In this document: positions 20,060 through 29,465 of the stretch, one piece after another
Layout of the letters: every line of letters begins with the position of its first letter
Position numbering within the stretch: the stretch's first letter is position 1
NCBI GenBank assembly: GCA_964291405.2
Contig: OZ219926.1
Location: 2,880,001-2,944,000, forward strand
Origin: Thermodesulfobacteriota bacterium
GTDB lineage: Bacteria > Desulfobacterota > Binatia > Bin18
Direction: 5' to 3'
DNA length: 64,000 bases
Program-made: the position numbers and the translations under genes
Notes under the pieces: model-generated
The model's database searches: none
What the model was told of the DNA's origin: nothing
The model's input: the letters and a program-made list of their open reading frames with translations, nothing else

Positions 20060-20443
20060 ATGGCAACCGATCCAACCGAAAAGCTTCCCAAAATCAAGGT
20101 CTCCAGCGCCTATCCGGGCGAGTGGTATATCGTTGAGGTAGACGGTGGCGATGGTGACTTATCCATGGAGCTGCGTCGTCCGGTGGGTGAGGAGGACTCA
20201 GATGTCTTCCACCTCACGATTACAACAACGGCGCGGCCGTTTGATGTCAAAAGCGCGCGTGACGGCGGAGAGGCGCATACCCACGAAGGCGCTCATTCGA
20301 CCCACCTGACCTTTACCAGTCCCCAGGCGGTCTGGCCGGATTTTGTCCGCTGTGTGCAAGCCCTTGCCAGCATCTTTGATACGCTGGCAACCACGCCGCT
20401 CGACCGCGAAAAGGTCCGCGAGAATCTGCTGAAGAAAAAATAA
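20060..20443 (+). CDS. Hypothetical protein
   Basis: 127-aa ORF with ATG and plausible codon usage; no recognised motif. Confidence 0.65.
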   Translation: MATDPTEKLPKIKVSSAYPGEWYIVEVDGGDGDLSMELRRPVGEEDSDVFHLTITTTARPFDVKSARDGGEAHTHEGAHSTHLTFTSPQAVWPDFVRCVQALASIFDTLATTPLDREKVRENLLKKK

Positions 20444-20475
20444 TGGGGCCGAGCCGTCCGTCTCCGTCGCGCTAT

Positions 20476-20531
20476 AAAGAGTAAACGTGTCCAGCATTAT
20501 CCATGCTCATTGGAGGACACGTTCACTCTTT
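20476..20531. repeat. Palindromic element of about 55 bp, family AAAGAGTAAACGT (copy 1)
   Basis: AAAGAGTAAACGTGTCC...GGACACGTTCACTCTTT. Confidence 0.85.
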
Positions 20532-21675
20532 ACTCGGCCACGTAGCCCTTTTGCGTGCGGATCACGACGTCGGGCCGGGTGCTCTCTACGCGGACACTCC
20601 GGTACTGATTGCCACTCCCCGAGGACACATAGCCGAGGCTGTACTGGAAGCGGAGTTCGCGCGAGATCGTCTGGGTCGCCGTATCAAGCACGGTTCTGCT
20701 GCTGAGCACATCCCGGGTATTGAGCAGGAAGTGGCGTCCGCCGGTTTCATCACTCAACCGCCGCAACGTTCGTGAATCCACCCGCTCATCATGCCCACCA
20801 ACGACAACACCGAATGGACCGATGGCGAAACCGCTTCCACCGGGCGTGAGGCGATGGTGCGGATTACCGATCCCAATCGTGTAAATCAGCACGCCGGCCC
20901 GTTGCGAGACGGCAATCGTTTGCGCGAGGGAGGACAGACTTGCGGTATCCATGCCGTCTGTCATCACAATCAGGGCTTTCTTGCGGTGTTTGCCCTGCCG
21001 CATCCGTCGCAGGCCGGTGAGAATCGCGTCGTACAGGGAGGTCCCGCCCCGTGGACGGAGGAGGCCGATGCCCTGGGCCAGGAGCATCCGACTGTCAGTG
21101 AAGTCTTGCAGCACAAACGGCTGGGCGCTGAACCCGACCAGGAAGCCCTCATCCTGCGGCTTAATCGAGCTGATAAACCGCTGTAGGGCGTGGCGGGCAT
21201 GCCCGATTTTATTCTGCATACTGCCGCTCGAATCCACGATTAAGCCCAGACTGACCGGTTCATTCTCACCGGTATTGAAGTAGGTAATCTCCTGGCGCGT
21301 ATCGCCCTCGTACACCACGAAATCGCCCGTTTGCAGGCCGGGCACGTAGCCGCCGTTTTGATCTGTCACGGTGACGGTCACGAGTTGCTTGGGAGGCGGG
21401 CGGAGGGGCTGGGAACGCGGCGGAAGACTCGCTTGCTGACTCGGCGGCGGCAGGGCGGGACGTTGGGGCTGAACGGGAATTTCGAGCACCTGCTTACCGG
21501 TGGGAGCCAGCCGTTGGGGGGCTGGAGTGGGGGTTCGCTGCTCCACAGGCGGTGGCCGCTTGCCTTGCCAGCCTTCGGTTTGCAGCGTTCTCTCCTGGGT
21601 GAAAACCTGGGTCGCGCTCAGGAGGACAAGTCCTGCCCCACACACGAGGCTAGCGAAAAGAGAAGTCCGGCTCAT
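20530..21675 (-). CDS. Secreted VWA-domain protein (VWFA-related Acidobacterial type)
   Basis: Signal peptide, Pro-rich linker, VTVTD, MIDAS DSSGS, GTSLYDA, TDGMD. Confidence 0.85.
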   Translation of the reverse strand: MSRTSLFASLVCGAGLVLLSATQVFTQERTLQTEGWQGKRPPPVEQRTPTPAPQRLAPTGKQVLEIPVQPQRPALPPPSQQASLPPRSQPLRPPPKQLVTVTVTDQNGGYVPGLQTGDFVVYEGDTRQEITYFNTGENEPVSLGLIVDSSGSMQNKIGHARHALQRFISSIKPQDEGFLVGFSAQPFVLQDFTDSRMLLAQGIGLLRPRGGTSLYDAILTGLRRMRQGKHRKKALIVMTDGMDTASLSSLAQTIAVSQRAGVLIYTIGIGNPHHRLTPGGSGFAIGPFGVVVGGHDERVDSRTLRRLSDETGGRHFLLNTRDVLSSRTVLDTATQTISRELRFQYSLGYVSSGSGNQYRSVRVESTRPDVVIRTQKGYVAE

Positions 21676-21830
21676 GGTACGCCTGCTTTCGTCTCTGTGT
21701 TTGACCTTAAACTCTTCTCTACACGGGAACAAGAGGGAATGGGGCATGGACTGGCCATCCCGCCATAGGCCAGTCTCCTTGACCCAGGGTAAGGCAGCGC
21801 TTAAGACGATCCGACAGAACGGAGAGGGCT

Positions 21831-22349
21831 ATGATTATCACACACCACGGGATGACCCCTGAGATCGATTCCAGCGCCTATATCCAGCAGAGTGCCCAGA
21901 TTATCGGCGATGTTCGGATCGGTCCGGAATCCAGTGTCTGGTTTAATGCCGTGGTCCGTGGTGATGTGTGCGCGATCCGCATTGGGGCACGGGTTAACAT
22001 CCAGGACAACACCACTGTTCATGTCTTTAGCGGTGGCATCCCAACTATTCTCGGGGACGGCGTGTCGGTCGCCCATAATGTCGTGGTCCATGCCTGCACC
22101 ATTGGTGATTTTACCCTGGTCGGCATGGGCGCGATTGTCCTGGACGGGGCTGAAGTGGGGAAAGAGTGTCTGATTGGCGCCGGCGCGGTGGTTACCCCGC
22201 GAACGAAGATCCCACCCCATTCGTTGGTACTTGGGAATCCGGGTAAGGTCGTACGTTCACTCACACCCGAGGAAGTTGCCTCGCTCCACCGCTCGGCGAA
22301 TAATTATGTCCGGTTTTCCCGTGAGTATATTGAGCAGGGCATTGCCTAG
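21831..22349 (+). CDS. Gamma carbonic anhydrase family hexapeptide-repeat protein
   Basis: IIGDVRIG..VVRGD..NIQDN..H..H, IGAGAVV. Confidence 0.92.
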   Translation: MIITHHGMTPEIDSSAYIQQSAQIIGDVRIGPESSVWFNAVVRGDVCAIRIGARVNIQDNTTVHVFSGGIPTILGDGVSVAHNVVVHACTIGDFTLVGMGAIVLDGAEVGKECLIGAGAVVTPRTKIPPHSLVLGNPGKVVRSLTPEEVASLHRSANNYVRFSREYIEQGIA

Positions 22350-22396
22350 CGGTTTCTTTATACAAGACATCTGCGCCGCGGCCTGGTTACAGAGGC

Positions 22397-23071
22397 TCAA
22401 CGGAGGCGAGAGCGTCGAACCGGCAAAAGCAGAAGTGCCCCGACAGCAAAACCACCGACGTGTGCCCACCACGCTACCCCGCCGCTTATGTTGACGGTTG
22501 CAGTAGTCAGACCCTGCACCAACTGTACCAGGAACCACAGTGCGAGAAAGATGACAGCCGGGACCGAGATGATCTGAAAGAAGAAAAGAATGGGAATGAG
22601 GGTCACCACGCGGGCACGAGGGAAGAGCACGAAATAGCCGCCCATGACGCCGGCAATCGCCCCGCTCGCGCCGACAACAGGCAGGTGGGAGTCCGGTGCG
22701 GTCAGCGCGTGCAAAGAGGTCGCGGCCACGCCGCAGCCGAGGTAATAGGCCAGATAGCGTCCTTTCCCCAGGCGATCTTCAACATTGTCGCCAAAGATCC
22801 ACAGCATCCACATATTACCGATCAGGTGCAACCAGCCGCCGTGGATAAACATGGCGCTGAACAGCGGGCCAAAGCGCGTCAGGAGATTCCACGGTTCGGT
22901 TTCGGAGAGATAAAAGTAGCGGACGGGCACAAAGCCGTACACGGCGATAAATCGTCCCAGGCTTGTCCCCAACCCCAGCTCATAGACAAAGACGAGAACA
23001 TTCAGACCGATACAGCTGAGGGTCACCAGGGGAAACGATTGGGCCGGGACCGTGTCACGGAGCGGAATCAT
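22397..23071 (-). CDS. Rhomboid intramembrane serine protease
   Basis: MIPLRD, FIHGGWLHLIGNM, GASGA, AWWAHVGGF. Confidence 0.93.
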   Translation of the reverse strand: MIPLRDTVPAQSFPLVTLSCIGLNVLVFVYELGLGTSLGRFIAVYGFVPVRYFYLSETEPWNLLTRFGPLFSAMFIHGGWLHLIGNMWMLWIFGDNVEDRLGKGRYLAYYLGCGVAATSLHALTAPDSHLPVVGASGAIAGVMGGYFVLFPRARVVTLIPILFFFQIISVPAVIFLALWFLVQLVQGLTTATVNISGGVAWWAHVGGFAVGALLLLPVRRSRLR

Positions 23072-23197
23072 AACACTATCACTTCGGTCTACAGTGCGTG
23101 AGAACGACCGGAAAAGAAAGCCTCCGCTGGCGGGCAATGATGCTTCTGTGTCACTCTCCCCACTACCCTCCGATGGAAGAGGTGGTAAGGTAACGGC

Positions 23198-23752
23198 ATG
23201 CCGGATGTGTCTGCTCTCACGCTGTTCCTGAGCCTGTGCTTTCTGGCCATCAGTATTGGCCTCGTTTATCTCTTGGGCAAGGTTTTTCTAGGGGGATTCC
23301 GTGCTTCCTTTGGCGGCCTGTTCGAACGGGCGGCTTTTCGCCGTCAGAGTCTGCGCTGTCAGCGCGGCGATGAACTGCTTGAACAAGGCGACCTGACCGG
23401 GGCGGCCCAGGCGTTTGGGAGCGCCTTTTTTCTTAAACCCATCCGCCAAGACGCGTCCCTGCTGACCGAAGTCGGCAAATACCACACCGGCTTACTCAAC
23501 CGTTTGCTGACTGTTGCGGATGAACTGGACACTGGACGCCTCAGTCTGCCCGCCTTGGCGGATACGGATCGTTTACTTGCCGAGCGCCTGGAAATCCAGC
23601 TCGACGCCTTCCGGGAGCGAGCCGGAGAGAGCCGACCAAGTGCTGACGTAGAGCCTCGGCTCAAAGAGAATGAGCGCCAGCTTCGGATCGCCATTGACCG
23701 CCTACTGAGTGCCATTACCTCGTCCGGTGAAGAGCGCGTGGTGTATCATTAA
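23198..23752 (+). CDS. Hypothetical membrane-anchored helical protein
   Basis: N-terminal TM segment followed by a helical/TPR-like region. Confidence 0.6.
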   Translation: MPDVSALTLFLSLCFLAISIGLVYLLGKVFLGGFRASFGGLFERAAFRRQSLRCQRGDELLEQGDLTGAAQAFGSAFFLKPIRQDASLLTEVGKYHTGLLNRLLTVADELDTGRLSLPALADTDRLLAERLEIQLDAFRERAGESRPSADVEPRLKENERQLRIAIDRLLSAITSSGEERVVYH

Positions 23753-23842
23753 AGTCAAGCTGCGCATGGTCTTTATTGACAAATGCGTCGAGCCAACCGA
23801 TGGTGGGCGAAGTTTGACAGCACTGGTGCTTTGGGAGGGCGT

Positions 23843-25060
23843 ATGTTTGACGTAAACGCGGTACGCACGGATTTTCCGGGAACAACGCAACAGGTCTATC
23901 TGAACGCTGCCGGGATTGGGCTGCCGCCGAAGTCGGCAACCCAGGCCGTCCAACGCGCAGCGACTCTGCTCGGTCAGGGGCCGGCCGAGATGGGTTACCC
24001 AGCCTATTATCAGGCGCTCGGCAAACCGAGCGTTCAGGCCAGACAGGAAGCCGCTCGGCTGCTCAGGGCTCAGCCCACGGAAATCGCCTTTACCGACGAC
24101 ACCACCATGGGGTTGAATACCGCCCTGGCCGCCATCCCTTTTGCCCCTGGTGACAATATCGTGCTGTGCGACCTGGAGTATCCGCAGGTTGCCATCAGCG
24201 CCGCCCACTCCCAGAAGCACCAGGCGGTTGAGGTTCGGGTTGCGCGTCATCGGGACGGCTTGATTGGTGTGGATGACTATGCCCGGTTGATAGACCAACA
24301 TACCCGCGCGATTGTGGTGAGCTCGGTGCAATGGATCAACGGCCTGCGTATGGATCTGGCCGCGTTTTCACACCTGGCCGAAGAGCGGGGCTGTTTTCTG
24401 GTGGTGGATGCCATTCAGCAGTTGGGCGCCCTGCCGCTCGATGTCTCCACGCTACGCGTCGACTTCCTGGCCGCGGGTGCCCAGAAATGGTTGAACGCGC
24501 CGTTTAATATCGGGCTCTTATACATCCGTTCGGAGGTCCAGGAGCAGGTCGAACCCGGATTGGCTCATGGCCTGTTCGCGCTGGCCGAGCCGCCGGAAGG
24601 GTGGCTTCGCTATCTTGGCGACCCAGGGCTGACGCCCTTTATGTCCCTGCCCCTGGCCTCGGACGCCCGCCGGTTTGAGGTCCATGGCATGCCCAAGAAC
24701 CTTGGGACCGCAGGCCTGGCAGAGTCGCTGGCCTATGTCAATCAACTCGACTCGACCGCCGTCACCGAGCATATTCTGTCGCTGGGCGACTTTCTGATAG
24801 AAGAGCTGAGACGCCGCGACATCAAGGTCTGGACTCAAGAGGCGCACGCGCTGCGCTCGGGCATTGTTACCTGCGAGCCGTTTCCGGACGCGGACCGGGT
24901 CCATCAACTCAACCAGGCGCTGGAAGCCCGGAACATCTATCCGACCGTGCGGTACTGCTCCGGGGTCGGCGGGCTGCGGGTCTCGATTCATTACTATACC
25001 AGCCGGGACGATATTGACGCCTTACTGACCGCGCTGGACGAGATACTGAAGACGGCCTAG
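23843..25060 (+). CDS. Class V aminotransferase / cysteine desulfurase-like PLP enzyme
   Basis: YLNAAG, VDAIQQLG, AGAQKWL, LRVSIHYY. Confidence 0.88.
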   Translation: MFDVNAVRTDFPGTTQQVYLNAAGIGLPPKSATQAVQRAATLLGQGPAEMGYPAYYQALGKPSVQARQEAARLLRAQPTEIAFTDDTTMGLNTALAAIPFAPGDNIVLCDLEYPQVAISAAHSQKHQAVEVRVARHRDGLIGVDDYARLIDQHTRAIVVSSVQWINGLRMDLAAFSHLAEERGCFLVVDAIQQLGALPLDVSTLRVDFLAAGAQKWLNAPFNIGLLYIRSEVQEQVEPGLAHGLFALAEPPEGWLRYLGDPGLTPFMSLPLASDARRFEVHGMPKNLGTAGLAESLAYVNQLDSTAVTEHILSLGDFLIEELRRRDIKVWTQEAHALRSGIVTCEPFPDADRVHQLNQALEARNIYPTVRYCSGVGGLRVSIHYYTSRDDIDALLTALDEILKTA

Positions 25061-25064
25061 CCGG

Positions 25065-25772
25065 ATGGATATTCGCGTTGTATTTTTTGACGCCGCGGGC
25101 ACGCTGTTACGCGTCAACGGTTCGGTCGGCGAGACCTACGCTCGGCTGGCCCGTGAGCACGGCAAGGCCGTCAGTGTCCGGGCCCTGGAAGACGGCTTTC
25201 GACGCTGCTTTGCCACCGCGCCGCCCATGGCCTTTCCCGGTGCGGAAGCGGACCAGATTCCACGACTGGAGAAAGCCTGGTGGCACGACGTGGTCCAGCA
25301 GGTCTTTGCCCCGCTCGGCCCGTTTCCCGGTTTTGAAGCCTACTTTAACGCCCTGTACGATTTCTTTGCCGAACCGCAGGCGTGGCAACTTTATCCGGAA
25401 GCCCGCCGGACGCTGGCGGCCCTGCACGCGCGTGGGTATCGTCTCGGGGTGATTTCAAATTTCGACGCCCGCCTGTTTGGCGTGCTTAACGGCTTGGACA
25501 TCGGCCACTTCTTCGACCCTATTATTGCCTCGACGCGCGCCGGGGCGGCCAAGCCCGAGCCCGCCATCTTTCAGAAAGCACTCACGGAGTGTGATCTTCG
25601 CCCGCAAGAAGCCCTGCATATCGGTGACAGCTATGAGCTGGATATTGTCGGGGCGCAGCAGGCCGGACTTACCCCGGTCCTGATTCACCGCTCCGGCCGC
25701 CAGCAGAGCACCGACGACTACCACGTTGTCCGCGGTTTGGACGAGCTGCTGACGGTGCTTGAATCCCTCTAG
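25065..25772 (+). CDS. HAD-superfamily hydrolase (REG-2-like)
   Basis: FFDAAGTL, ISNFD, KPEPAIF, HIGDS. Confidence 0.9.
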   Translation: MDIRVVFFDAAGTLLRVNGSVGETYARLAREHGKAVSVRALEDGFRRCFATAPPMAFPGAEADQIPRLEKAWWHDVVQQVFAPLGPFPGFEAYFNALYDFFAEPQAWQLYPEARRTLAALHARGYRLGVISNFDARLFGVLNGLDIGHFFDPIIASTRAGAAKPEPAIFQKALTECDLRPQEALHIGDSYELDIVGAQQAGLTPVLIHRSGRQQSTDDYHVVRGLDELLTVLESL

Positions 25773-25861
25773 AGAAGACCGCTCCTGAGCGGAAGCGTCC
25801 ACTACAAGCGCTGCTCCGGCTCCGCTATAACAACGGCATATTCCAAAAAAGGAGGGCGAGT

Positions 25862-26800
25862 ATGCCTGGACGCGAAGCCATACCAAAAGTCTCAAACTGG
25901 GGTCGGTGGGGAACGGATGATGAAAAGGGGACGGCCAATTTCATTACGCCGGAGGTGATTGTCGCCGCGGCCAGACTGGTTCGCAAGGGGCAGGTCTTCT
26001 GCTGCTGCATTCCGATTGATCAGGATGGACCGGTCTTTCCTACCCGCACCCCGCCCCAGCGGTTTATGTCGATCCTCAACGTCCCGGTCAAGGAAGTCGG
26101 TCTGGCGGGTTCCGCCATTGCCAACGACGACTATATCACCATGTATCTGCAAGGCTCGACCCAGTGGGACAGCCTGGCCCATGTGGGCTACGACGGCAAG
26201 TATTACAACGACGTGCCGGCCAGCGCCATCACCGCCCACGGTGGGGCGTCCAAGAACGATATTGGCAAGCTCTACCAGTCGTTTGTCACCCGAGGTGTGC
26301 TGCTCGACATGGTCCGCTACAAAGGCTGCGAAGCCGACGGACATCTCCCGGCTGATTATCCGATTACGGTCGAAGACCTGGACGGCTGCTGCCGGGCGCA
26401 GAACGTCGAGGTCAAAAGTGGCGACGCGCTATGCGTGCGTACCGGCTGGGTGCCGTATTGGTATACGCTCGAAACACCGGAACAGAAGGAAGCCTACTTC
26501 CACGCCCAGCCCGGCGTTTCGGTCTCAACCGCGGAATGGATACATCGGAAGGAAATTGCCTGCATTGCCGTGGACAATATCGCCGTCGAACGGCTGCCGT
26601 CCGAAGTGGACGACGAATTCATCCCCTTTCATCAGGTCGCCATCCGTGACCTCGGTCTCTCGCTGGGTGAGATTTTTACGTTCGAAGCCCTGGCAGAAGA
26701 CTGCGCCGATGACGGCGTGTACGAATTCCTGTGGGTCGCCCCGCCGCTCAACATCCCCAACGCGGTCGGCAGCCCGCTCAACCCCTTGGCGGTGAAGTGA
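25862..26800 (+). CDS. Cyclase / kynurenine formamidase-like metal hydrolase
   Basis: NWGRWG..DEKG, TQWDSLAH, RGVLLD, RTGW, GSPLNPLAV. Confidence 0.88.
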   Translation: MPGREAIPKVSNWGRWGTDDEKGTANFITPEVIVAAARLVRKGQVFCCCIPIDQDGPVFPTRTPPQRFMSILNVPVKEVGLAGSAIANDDYITMYLQGSTQWDSLAHVGYDGKYYNDVPASAITAHGGASKNDIGKLYQSFVTRGVLLDMVRYKGCEADGHLPADYPITVEDLDGCCRAQNVEVKSGDALCVRTGWVPYWYTLETPEQKEAYFHAQPGVSVSTAEWIHRKEIACIAVDNIAVERLPSEVDDEFIPFHQVAIRDLGLSLGEIFTFEALAEDCADDGVYEFLWVAPPLNIPNAVGSPLNPLAVK

Positions 26801-26862
26801 ACGACCAAAAAAGGGCAGCCATACAAGGCTGCCCCTACATATGATCGTGAAAATCGAGGCCG

Positions 26863-27714
26863 TTACGCCATGCGTCCGGACATCGCCCGCAGCCGTGCGA
26901 TACGCTCTTCCAGCGGCGGATGGGTGGTAAACAGCCCTGCCATGGACCGCCCGGACAGCGGGTTGACGATAAAGAAGTGGGCCGTCTGAGGCGAGGCCTC
27001 CATGGGAGTGCGCTCGGACGCGAAGCCGAGCTTTTCCAGAGCTGAAGCCAGACCCTCGGGGTCGCCGCTCATCTGGGCGCCGCTCCGGTCCGCGGCGTAT
27101 TCGCGCGTGCGAGAGATGGCCATCTGGATAATCGTGGCCGCCAGCGGCGCCAGGATGGCCATCAGAATGAGACCCAGCATCCCGCCGCCGCCTTCGTCGT
27201 CATCGCTGCGGCTGAACCCGCCAAAAATAGCGGCCCACTGGGCCATGTTGGCAATTATCATGATGACCCCGGCCAGGGTCGCGGCAATGGAACTGATGAG
27301 GATGTCGCGATTCTTCACATGGGCGAGTTCATGCGCCAGGACGCCGGTCAACTCGCGCTCATTCATGACACGCAGAATACCCTGGGTGACCGCCACGGCC
27401 GCGTTTTCGGGATTCCGACCCGTAGCAAAAGCGTTCGCCCCCTCGGAGGGGATAATATACAGCTTGGGCATGGGCAGCCCGGCCCGAACGGTCAGGGCGT
27501 GAACAATGCGGTGGAGTTGCGGGGCGTCGGCTTCCGAGACCTGCTGACCGCCGTACATTTTGAGGACGATCTTGTCCGAAAACCAGTAGCTGCCGAAGTT
27601 CATGATGACGGCAAAGATAAAGGCAATGGTCAGCCCCTGAGAGCCGCCGAAATACTGTCCGATCAGCATGATCAGGCCGGTCAGGGCACCGAGTAAAAGC
27701 GTGGTGCGTAGCAT
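26863..27714 (-). CDS. htpX: Zinc metalloprotease HtpX
   Basis: [32 protein letters not shown]; GGAGG RBS before ATG 27714. Confidence 0.95.
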   Translation of the reverse strand: MLRTTLLLGALTGLIMLIGQYFGGSQGLTIAFIFAVIMNFGSYWFSDKIVLKMYGGQQVSEADAPQLHRIVHALTVRAGLPMPKLYIIPSEGANAFATGRNPENAAVAVTQGILRVMNERELTGVLAHELAHVKNRDILISSIAATLAGVIMIIANMAQWAAIFGGFSRSDDDEGGGGMLGLILMAILAPLAATIIQMAISRTREYAADRSGAQMSGDPEGLASALEKLGFASERTPMEASPQTAHFFIVNPLSGRSMAGLFTTHPPLEERIARLRAMSGRMA

Positions 27715-27818
27715 GGCTGTCTTCTCCTCCGCGCTCAATTTCAGCCGAGGCGAGCGCTCACTAGTCGTATAAGTATACGCTAAGTCTGCCCGGAGGTGAT
27801 GTCAATTCCACGCCGCTG

Positions 27819-28733
27819 CTAGCCGACGAAGCGGCTGAGCAGGAGACCGACAATCAGCAGGGCGCCGTATTCGAGGTGCAGCTTTGCCGTCTGCTCGTCT
27901 ATACCGAGCAGTTCGTCTTCTTGAAACACGCGCCGCACCGCCGGAATCGCCAGCCGAACGGATAAAAACGTCAGCACAATCGACCACGGCGCATAGCCGG
28001 AAAAGACGAGGAGCCCGGTCAGGATGAACGCGCCATAGATCAAGACGGCGAGTTCCCAGTTGGCCGCGCGACGCCCGACCAGCGTCGCCAGCGTATTTTT
28101 GCCGTGGGAGGTGTCGGCCTCAATGTCTCGGATATTATTGGCCTGTAAAATGGCGGCAACCAGACAGCCGACCGGCAGCGAGATCAGCACCGGAGCCAGG
28201 GCAAACGCCTCACGCTGGACATAATAGGCGCCGATAATAATCACCGTTCCCATGAAGACAAACACGGTGGCTTCACCCAGCGCAATATAAGCGAGCGAGA
28301 GCGGCCTGGCCGTATAAAAATACCCGGCCAGCACGCTGGCCACACCCAGGGCGAGAATGGGCCAGCCACACAGCCAGACCAGCGCCAGACCGAAGACACT
28401 GCCAAGGACAAAGGCGATAATCCCGCCCCAATACATTTCGTCGGGCGAGAGCAATTGGCGCGGCAGGACCTGACTGCCGCTCTGGGATGCCAGCGTATCC
28501 ACGCCGCTTTGATGGTCGTAGTAGTCGTTGACCATATTGGTCCCAATATGAATAAAGAGCGCGCCACACAGCGCCACAAAAAAGCGTCCCCAGGAAAAAG
28601 GGCCGTCCAGCGCGCCCAAGACCGATCCGATCACCACGGGCGTCACAGAAGCGGTGAACGAAAAGGGACGAGAGGCTTCAATCCAGACTTTAAGTCGGCT
28701 TGGGGCCGGACCGCTCGGCAGGGCATGCTCCAT
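27819..28733 (-). CDS. menA: 1,4-dihydroxy-2-naphthoate polyprenyltransferase
   Basis: RPFSF, NDYYD..G.D, NNIRDIEAD..GKNTLA. Confidence 0.88.
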   Translation of the reverse strand: MEHALPSGPAPSRLKVWIEASRPFSFTASVTPVVIGSVLGALDGPFSWGRFFVALCGALFIHIGTNMVNDYYDHQSGVDTLASQSGSQVLPRQLLSPDEMYWGGIIAFVLGSVFGLALVWLCGWPILALGVASVLAGYFYTARPLSLAYIALGEATVFVFMGTVIIIGAYYVQREAFALAPVLISLPVGCLVAAILQANNIRDIEADTSHGKNTLATLVGRRAANWELAVLIYGAFILTGLLVFSGYAPWSIVLTFLSVRLAIPAVRRVFQEDELLGIDEQTAKLHLEYGALLIVGLLLSRFVG

Positions 28734-28896
28734 AGGTCGGTCTCCTTTCGCCCGCATTATGGACCAGCCGCGGGGAAACAGTAAAGGGGAAAAGCGCGGC
28801 GTACCTCTCTTGCCTTCAACGGTCCAAACACGCTACACCCTCTCCGAGCGCGGCAGGCGTAAAGCCTGTCCTGAGCCTAGTCGAAGGGGAGGAGCC

Positions 28897-29346
28897 ATGG
28901 CAGAGGACAGCCCACCACTTGGCCGGCTGGATCACGTCGGCATTGCAGTGCGCAGCATCGAACAGGCGCGGACGTTTTTTGAGGGGATACTCGGGGCAAA
29001 GTTCGTGTTTGAACGTGTTGAGCGCAGCGGCACGTTTCGCTTTATGGTTTTTGACCTCCAGGGCTTCACGATCGAACTCCTGGAGCCGATCGATCCGGAT
29101 GGCTTTCTCGCCAAATTCCTCGAAAAGCGGGGTGAGGGCATACATCATATCACGCTCCAAACCCCGGACCTCAAAGAAAAAGTTTCGTTTCTCGAAGGCA
29201 AAGGGGTGCGTGTGGTCGATAAGCATCTGGACGAGTCGGATTTCCGTGACGCCTTTATCTCGCCGAAAAGCGCGTGTGGCGTGCTGTTTCAACTCAGTGA
29301 CACCAAACCACCGCTCGATACCGAGCCGTATTGGGAAAAAGAGTAA
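28897..29346 (+). CDS. VOC family protein (methylmalonyl-CoA epimerase-like)
   Basis: LDHVGIAV, IELLEP, FLEKRGEGIHHI. Confidence 0.85.
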   Translation: MAEDSPPLGRLDHVGIAVRSIEQARTFFEGILGAKFVFERVERSGTFRFMVFDLQGFTIELLEPIDPDGFLAKFLEKRGEGIHHITLQTPDLKEKVSFLEGKGVRVVDKHLDESDFRDAFISPKSACGVLFQLSDTKPPLDTEPYWEKE

Positions 29347-29391
29347 ACGTATCCTCCAATACCCACTGAGATGTTGATACGTTTACTCTTT
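29338..29391. repeat. AAAGAGTAAACGT palindromic element (copy 2)
   Basis: AAAGAGTAAACGTATC...GATACGTTTACTCTTT; supplies the stop codon of the upstream gene. Confidence 0.85.
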
Positions 29392-29402
29392 CAAGGAAAA
29401 TT

Positions 29403-29459
29403 GTAGGGGCAACCCCCCGTGGTTGCCCTGTTTGGGCAGGCACAGGAGCCTGCCCCTAC
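29403..29459. repeat. GTAG-family REP doublet (REPIN-like); a half copy lies at 26813-26838
   Basis: GTAGGGGCAACC..GGTTGCCC..GGGCAGGC..GCCTGCCCCTAC. Confidence 0.75.
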
Positions 29460-29465
29460 CCGGTT

